Source: an uncultured Bacteroidales bacterium
GTDB taxonomy: Bacteria; Bacteroidota; Bacteroidia; Bacteroidales; UBA932
Assembly: GCA_905234485.1 (NCBI GenBank)
Contig: CAJOHV010000005.1
Span: 15,478 to 79,477 of the forward strand
Reading direction: 5' to 3'
Length of the DNA stretch: 64,000 nucleotides
The position numbers and the translations under genes are program-made. How positions within the stretch are numbered: the first letter of the stretch is position 1; every line of letters starts with the position of its first letter. Positions 58,001 through 64,000 of this stretch are shown here, piece by piece. The notes below the pieces were generated by a model. The model was not told where the DNA came from. It was given only the letters and a program-made list of their open reading frames with translations, and did not search any database.

Positions 58001-58107
58001 CGTGGCGCGTAATAGCCTGGTACTCAGTCGATTACTGAAACACGACTCCGAAAAATGCGGAGCCGAGTTTGAGTAAGTTGTTGAAAATGAGGGGGTTGGG
58101 CGCCACG
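58001..58107. repeat. Possible small inverted-repeat-bounded element between convergent genes
   Basis: CGTGGCGC (58001-58008) and GCGCCACG (58100-58107) bound almost the whole intergenic region. Confidence 0.35.
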
Positions 58108-58110
58108 CAA

Positions 58111-58905
58111 TCATTTGAGCTTCTTCCACAAGCGGGCGATGAGGGGCCCCGGGAGGCAGGCGATCAGGAAGGGAAGCCAGATGTTCATGAAGGCGGGGCT
58201 GAGGACGCGCCGGCCGCGGAAGAGGGCTCGGAGGGAGCGGCGGACGAGCCAGCGGGGAGTGCGGACGAGCCCGAGTCTCAGGCCGGCGCGCATCTGCCGC
58301 TCGCTGAGGCGGTAGAGCGGAGTCGCCACGGCGGCGGGGCAGACTGTCGTCACGGTCACGCCGTACGGCTTCAGCTCATACGAAAGCGAGCGGCCGAAAC
58401 TCCGCAGATAGGCCTTCGTGGCGGAATAGATGGTGACTCCAGGCGCTGGAATTCGCGCGCACATCGACGATATGTTCAGGATACGTCCGCTGCCGCGCTT
58501 TTTCATCGCATCGCCGAACAGCAGACAGATTCGCGTCACGGTCACCACGTGAAGGTCTATCATCGCCTGGACGCGGGGAAGGTCGTCGGCCGTTAATTCT
58601 TTGAAGAAGAACATTCCGGCATCGTTCACGACCACGTCCGGAAGGATGCCCTGCGAGGAGCACCACTCGTAGAGCTCGTCCGCGGCGGTGGTGCGGGCGA
58701 GGTCCATGCAGAGAGTGCGGACTGCGGGAGATCCCGGGTCGAGCCCGGGATGAGGGGATGAGAGTTCCGCTGCGGCGCGGGAGAGTTCGTCGTCACGGTT
58801 ACTCACCAGAATCAGGGAATACCCGCGATCATACAACTGTCGCGAGAATTCCAGGCCGAGGCCGGAGCTGCCGCCAGTGACAAGGGCTATGGGTGCGCTA
58901 TTCAT
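58111..58905 (-). CDS. Short-chain dehydrogenase/reductase
   Basis: Likely start MNSAPIALVTGGSSGLG; NDAG, YSATK. Confidence 0.92.
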   Translation of the reverse strand: MNSAPIALVTGGSSGLGLEFSRQLYDRGYSLILVSNRDDELSRAAAELSSPHPGLDPGSPAVRTLCMDLARTTAADELYEWCSSQGILPDVVVNDAGMFFFKELTADDLPRVQAMIDLHVVTVTRICLLFGDAMKKRGSGRILNISSMCARIPAPGVTIYSATKAYLRSFGRSLSYELKPYGVTVTTVCPAAVATPLYRLSERQMRAGLRLGLVRTPRWLVRRSLRALFRGRRVLSPAFMNIWLPFLIACLPGPLIARLWKKLK

Positions 58906-59011
58906 ACAGGTCCTCAGACGGGCGGTTGCCATAGGCCATATTTTCGAACACCACGACCGCAATGGCGGTCATTATGATCAGGAATAGGTTGAAGCCTGCT
59001 GTCGTGAACAT
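58898..59011 (-). pseudogene. 37-aa mini-ORF, probable deletion-fusion scar
   Basis: MFTTAGFNLFLIIMTAIAVVVFENMAYGNRPSEDLYE; abuts the hydrolase stop and overlaps the SDR start. Confidence 0.55.
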
Positions 59012-59954
59012 CTACAGGCTCTTGACCTTCTCGAGGAAGTCGTTTACGTGCTGTTTGTACTCTTCAGGATATTTAGCGAAGGAATTTGCGTGGACTGCGC
59101 CCTCCGTCACCCAAATCTCTTTGTAGCCTTCTTTCTTAGCCTTATAGCATTTGTAGACGTTCTTCACGGGGACGAAGTCGTCTGCATCGCCGTGGATGAA
59201 GAGCATCGGCACCGTGGATTTCTCCAACTGCTCCAGCGATGATGCCTCCCAGAAGCCCCAGCCGTGCTTCTTCTTCGTCACGAACGAGGCGCTCTGAAGG
59301 ATGTCGGCAGGGACGAACCAGAAACTCTGCCTGCGGTTGTTGTTGAACTGGGTAACCACTGAGGCATAACCGCAGTCCTCGACTATAGCCTTGATGAACG
59401 GCTGGAGCTTGTCTCCGGATGCCATCATCACGGTCGCTCCGCCCATGGACACGCCGTGCAGGACCATAAAGTTGTCCTTGAAGATGTTGTGTGCAACGTC
59501 AGCCCACTGCTCCACATCGTAGCGGTCGAACCAGCCCATCTGGCAGTGGTCGCCCTCGGAATAGCCGTGGTACTGCAGATCCGGGAACAGGACATTGTAA
59601 TTCAAGTCGTCCCTGTACATGCGAACCAGATAAAGGAACACGAAGTGGTTGTCGCCGTAGCCGTGGACCACGACGGCCGTTCCCTGGGCGTTTTCTGGGT
59701 CGATGGCGGGCGCATAGACGGCGTGTACCTTGTAGCCGTTATAGCCCGTGATCGTCGTATCTTTCAGGATGCCGGCTTCGTGGAGGCTGTCGTACCAGGC
59801 CGTGCTGCCGGCCAGCAGGGAATCGGCCGCGAGCGATTTCGCCGGGATCCGAGCCGTGGGGCTCGAATTCAAGAGCGTAGCCGCTCATAAATTTTCCGCC
59901 GTAGCAGGACGCGGCGCAGACAGCGACCGCGATAAAGAAAAGAATGCGTTTCAT
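59012..59954 (-). pseudogene. Alpha/beta hydrolase lipoprotein, frameshifted near 59830
   Basis: MKRILFFIAVAVCAASC..EPHGSDPGEIAR in one frame; ADSLLAG..VHGY..GVSMGG..HGDADDFVP..H in another. Confidence 0.8.
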
Positions 59955-60048
59955 GTATTGGTTGTTAGTTTTGTTTCAGCGGATACAAATATACGTTTTT
60001 TTATTGTGACATTGTGCCCCGCGCCGATGATGCCAACGTGCATTATTT

Positions 60049-60618
60049 TCATTGGGCGGGAAGGACGATACGGCGGACGTTGCAGCCGACGTAGTTACCC
60101 AGAACGATGATAGGGTAGTACCAGAGGATGTCCGGGCTCCATTTCCACGCGGCGACGAGATACACCACGTCCGCGATGCTATGGTAGAAGCCGCAGAGGA
60201 TGAAGAGAGGCACGCCGAACAGCACCGGCAGCACCGACTTGGTTGTCCTATAGAGCCACACGGCTATGTCTATGATCAGTCCGCAGCCGACGGCGCGAAG
60301 GAAGGCCCGCCAGGGACCTACCGCCAGCCTGCCGGCCACCACGGTCTCTGCCGAGGCCTTCGGCGCGCCGCCGATGCTGAGCACCAGCAGGCCGATGAGC
60401 ACGCAGCCGAGTGCGTTGAACAGCCATATCCATGTCAGGGCCTTGATGTCCGTCATCACGCCCGCGCGCCCGGTATAGAGAGGAGTGCCTGAAAGCACGA
60501 CTCCAATGAGACCGAATGCGAAAATGACAGCTCCGGGGATGCCTCCGAGGGCCAGGAAACCGTATGCGCCGAGTCCGATGAGGATGCCGGCAAAAAGCGA
60601 ACGTCTGTTTTCTTCCAT
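60049..60618 (-). CDS. Formate/nitrite transporter-like membrane protein
   Basis: AGILIGLG, LYTG, FILCGFYHSIAD, LGNYVG. Confidence 0.8.
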   Translation of the reverse strand: MEENRRSLFAGILIGLGAYGFLALGGIPGAVIFAFGLIGVVLSGTPLYTGRAGVMTDIKALTWIWLFNALGCVLIGLLVLSIGGAPKASAETVVAGRLAVGPWRAFLRAVGCGLIIDIAVWLYRTTKSVLPVLFGVPLFILCGFYHSIADVVYLVAAWKWSPDILWYYPIIVLGNYVGCNVRRIVLPAQ

Positions 60619-60680
60619 ATCACAAAGATAGGACATAATGGGAAAAATGCCTACCTTGCCGGAAATAAATCTTTGAGACG

Positions 60681-60806
60681 ATGAAAAAACTTTTCTTCCT
60701 TCTTGCTGCTTCCGCAGCGCTGTTCATGTTCACAGGCTGTGATCCCGAGACCGGCAAACCGTTCGAGGATATGCCTCACGCCAACGTATTCACCTTCAAT
60801 TATTAA
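60681..60806 (+). CDS. 41-aa small lipoprotein-like ORF
   Basis: MKKLFFLLAASAALFMFTGCDPETGKPFEDMPHANVFTFNY; lipobox; followed by a terminator. Confidence 0.6.
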   Translation: MKKLFFLLAASAALFMFTGCDPETGKPFEDMPHANVFTFNY

Positions 60807-60822
60807 TCCTGACAATTCATTG

Positions 60823-60857
60823 AAAAACCCGCCCCAATTGGAGCGGGTTCTTTTTTT
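60823..60857. terminator. Bidirectional intrinsic terminator
   Basis: AAAAACCCGCCCC-AATT-GGAGCGGGTTCTTTTTTT between convergent genes. Confidence 0.75.
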
Positions 60858-60867
60858 AGTGTATTAT

Positions 60868-63347
60868 TTATTGTCCCTGAACTGAAGTTCCGGTATTTGT
60901 TGCGCCGCTGCTCTTTTGCATCACGTCGTCGTTGTTGATGGAGTGCTTTGCTTTCTTGACCTGGATGTTCTGGGCGGTACCGAAGCGGTAGCTGAGGTTG
61001 ATTCCGACCCTTGCCAGCGGAACTGTTGTCGAGAAATTGTTTACATAGTCAGCACCCTTTGTGGACATTCCGACCCTGATGGCTCCGCCTTTCTCGAAAC
61101 CGGTCACGCCGGAGATTCCGATCGAAAGCTTGTCGTCGAGGAAGGATTTGTTGAGGCCTCCCATCAGGGCACACATTCCGTCCATATGGCCGTCCAACTG
61201 ATAGTGTCCGGTATTGTACATGAAGTTGAGGCTCAGGCGCAGATCCAAGGGCAGGGTATGCTGCATTCCAGTAAATGTGTTGAACTGGAATCCGCCGTTG
61301 CTAAGGCCCCTGGTCTTGCTCTCGAGCATTACGTAGCCTGCGCTGAGGTTGGAGTAGATACGGGTTTTCTGGCCGAGATTGACATTGACGAATCCGTTCA
61401 GGCCGATGTTCTGCTCGCTGGCGATATTGCCGTAGGTAGTATTAAGGACGCCTTCTGAGTCGAAGAAACTGTACTGGCTAATCTTGTTGGCGCAGAAGGA
61501 GTAACGGCCGCTGAGGTTGACCATCACGACGGGGGAGAAGAAGTTGAACACCAGGTTGATGTTGTGAGCCTTCTCGGTCTCGAGGTTTACATTTCCATAA
61601 CTGATTGAAGAGATGTCCGGTTGAGGTAGCCGATGCCCGGGCGGCTGATTCGGAGGTTGTACGAAAGGCCGATGTTGGAGGTGGCGCCGGTGTTATATTG
61701 GACGCTCGCCGATGGGACTAAATTGCCATAGTCGAGGCCGAAGTCGCTGCCGGCTCCGCTGATGTAGCGCACCTGCTGGAAGGTATGCTCATAGCGCACG
61801 CCCGCCTTGCCGCTCCATTTCTCGCGCGAGAGGGAGTATTCGCCGTATGTGCCGACGATGCTGTTGATGTGCTTGAACTCCACGCTCCCGGCATCCGGTG
61901 TCCACGCCCCGCCCTGGAGCAGGTAGTAGTCGGAATCGGACCCATTGGCGCGCGAGATGAACTTGGCGCCGGCGGAGAAGTTGCCGCCCTGGCCCCATGG
62001 GGTCGAGTAATCGAGCTGGGCTGTCTGCTCGATCATGTTCTCCTTGTTGTCGGAATGGCGGTCGTCGGCATAGCCGTGGTAATAGGTATAGGCGTCCGTA
62101 CCGGTAGGGCGGGCGGAGAAGAGGTAGGATGCGGTAAGCGCACGGCCCTCCACGCCGGCGAACGAGCGCTGGTAGTCCAGTCCCGCGCGGTAGGAGGCAT
62201 ATTTATAACGGGCGTCGCCGTCAGAATCGTAGGTATAGAGAGTCGCGCCGCCGGGGCCGGTCATGGTGTAGGCGCTATTCTGGAGTTCATGGGTTTTGAA
62301 GTCCATGATGCCGAGGGTGGCGGTGAGCAGGCGTAGCGAGTCGATTTCGTAGCTTGCGGAGATGTCCGAGTAAAGGCCGGGGGCGGTCTGGGACATATCC
62401 TGGCTTGAGTTCAGGCTGGTAAGGACGCTGCCGTCGGAGGCGAGGTTCTGGAGCTCGGTTTTCGCGTTGATGCCGTCCATCTTCTGGTACATAAGGTTGA
62501 TGTCTGCGCTGATCGAGAACTTGCCTTTCTGGCCGGTGATGAAGAGACCGCCGTCTACGTCGCCCTGGGTGTCGGCTTCGGTGCTGACGGTTGCGTTGTA
62601 TCCGTCCTGGATGGCTTTCTGGCCGGAGGCTTTGTCGGTGATGAGGTTGAGGACGCCGCCAACGCCTTCAGCGTCGTACTTCGCGCCCGGGTTAGTGATG
62701 ACCTCGACGCTCTTGAAGGCGTTGGCTGGCATCATCTTGAACATCTGCGAAGGGTTGGAGGAGAGCATCGCGTTCGGCTTGCCGTCGACATATACTTTAA
62801 AGGAGGAGCTACCGTTGACGGTGATGTTGTCCTGCGCGTCGACGGTAACCATAGGGACTTTTCGGAGCATGTCGAGCATAGTCATCGACTTGCTGTCTAC
62901 ATCGTCTTCTACACTATAGGTCATCTTGTCGACTTCCATTTTGACGAGCTTACGAAGGGCAGTGACGCTGGCTTCCTTGATCATCTGCTCGTCGTCTTCC
63001 ATTATTATGTTGCCGAGATCGACGGGGGAGCCCTGGATTGTAAAGGTTTGAGTCAGGTCTTTCTTCCCGAGGGTGCTGAAGGTGATGGTGTAGGAGCCGT
63101 CGGGGAGCTGCTCGGAGAAGGAGCCGTTTTCGTCGGTGATAGTCATCTTAAGGGGAGCGGCGTCTGCGGGGGCCTGCGCGCTCGCGATAGAATAGGTGAC
63201 ATAAGGCTCGCCCTCGCCGGTCGCCGCGTCGAGGACTTTTCCGCTTACCTGGTTCAGGTTTTGCTGAGCGGGAGCTGCTGATACAGAGATTGTTGCGGCC
63301 GCGATAAGGCCAAGAATCACTACTAACTTTTTCACTGTGTTGCTCAT
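60868..63347 (-). pseudogene. TonB-dependent / outer-membrane beta-barrel receptor, frameshifted near 61620
   Basis: Carboxypeptidase-regulatory-like N-domain, plug LRKVPMVTVD..VEVITNPGAKYDAEG; RISRPGIGYLN continues in another frame as DISSISYGNVNLETEKAHNINLVFN..SYRFG. Confidence 0.85.
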
Positions 63348-63436
63348 ATTTTTTATACCTTTTTTGTTGCGCTTTTAAACTGCGTTCACCAGTTGTTTTT
63401 TACTACCGCTTGTAGGGTTATCTATTGCCCCTTTTG

Positions 63437-63470
63437 GCGTGTATTAGTTTAATAGTACACTGCAAAGGTA
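63437..63470 (-). promoter_or_regulatory. Second copy of the GntR/YtrA-type promoter-operator
   Basis: 34/34 identical to 28067-28100; ~90 nt upstream of the receptor ATG. Confidence 0.8.
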
Positions 63471-63549
63471 TGACGATTTTTTGAATGTGCAATAACTTTT
63501 TTGAGATTTTTGCAAAATCCGTGCTGAAATGCGTTCTCGCGGCGGGTAA

Positions 63550-63970
63550 TTTCGGCGAAAAGTCAGGGCCCGGCGCCGAATTTGGCGTTTTCGGCGCGGA
63601 TTTCGGCCTTTTCGCCAGGATGATTTTTGTGGCGCTACTTCGCGGAAATGGAGATTTGTGGGATTTCTGCCAGGATGAAGCCAGACCACCCTTCCCAGAA
63701 CGGCCTCTGAGGGCTTCGGCCTGGCTTCACAGGCCGATTTCGTCGTGTGAAGCCAGCATACCCCTATCAGAATATACTGTACGGCAAATCGCCTGGCTTC
63801 ATCTTGGCGAAAATAAGTGCGGAGGGCCTACCTGGCTAGCGCTGGGGCGGGAGTGGAAGCGCGAAGGGTTAAAGGTTGGTACGATTTTGTCGAAGATCGT
63901 CCCTGAGGTCGCCCGCACTAGTGCGCGCGACCTCTTTTAACCCTTCGAAAAAATCGTCCCCGATTTTTAA
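63550..63970. repeat. Mosaic of palindromic intergenic elements
   Basis: TGAAGCCAG/CTGGCTTCA in alternating orientation at 63674, 63721, 63747, 63793; CGAAGGGTTAAA (63862-63873) / TTTAACCCTTCG (63936-63947). Confidence 0.7.
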
Positions 63971-64000
63971 GCCCGCGCGGCTCAGCGATAGTGCCAACAA

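Noticed and set aside
59820-59840. Programmed ribosomal frameshift or phase variation at the three frameshift sites
   Set aside because: No slippery heptamer or simple-sequence repeat at the junctions, and conserved residues appear to be missing rather than shifted.
60859-60866. GTGTATTA half-site resembling the GntR operator just after the receptor stop
   Set aside because: Only half the palindrome and no adjacent promoter; likely chance.

Overview
Gene-dense chromosomal window from a GC-rich member of the Bacteroidales. The evidence is many TAnnTTTG promoter elements, lipoproteins, TonB/ExbBD genes and no obvious Shine-Dalgarno sites; a gut or rumen RC9/UBA932-type lineage is my inference. 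It holds about 55 CDS, mostly housekeeping (typA, rpmF, asnS, udk, queA, dprA, tatD, tmk, folP, galM, tryptophanase) plus envelope and signalling genes, and five tRNAs (Ser-GGA, Leu-CAG, Arg-CCT, Val-GAC, fMet). I saw no transposase, integrase, phage, rRNA or CRISPR-Cas gene. Seven signals stand out. (1) All four transcript-terminal tRNAs are followed by an antisense copy of their own 3' end, and two also share a ~135-bp structured element. (2) A coupled operon links a fimbrillin-like lipoprotein, a sensor kinase, two kinase-less sensor-like proteins and a lone receiver domain. (3) An identical 34-bp promoter/operator ties a YtrA-type GntR/ABC operon to a beta-barrel receptor 35 kb away. (4) Small GTCAT..ATCTC palindromes are inserted in frame inside ORFs. 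(5) Two CTAAGCTT arrays share a 19/23-bp phasing. (6) Three genes are frameshifted by apparent multi-base deletions. (7) Several mini-ORFs look like deletion scars. Items 6 and 7 could be real erosion or assembly artefacts. All protein calls come from motif recognition by eye, not database searches.
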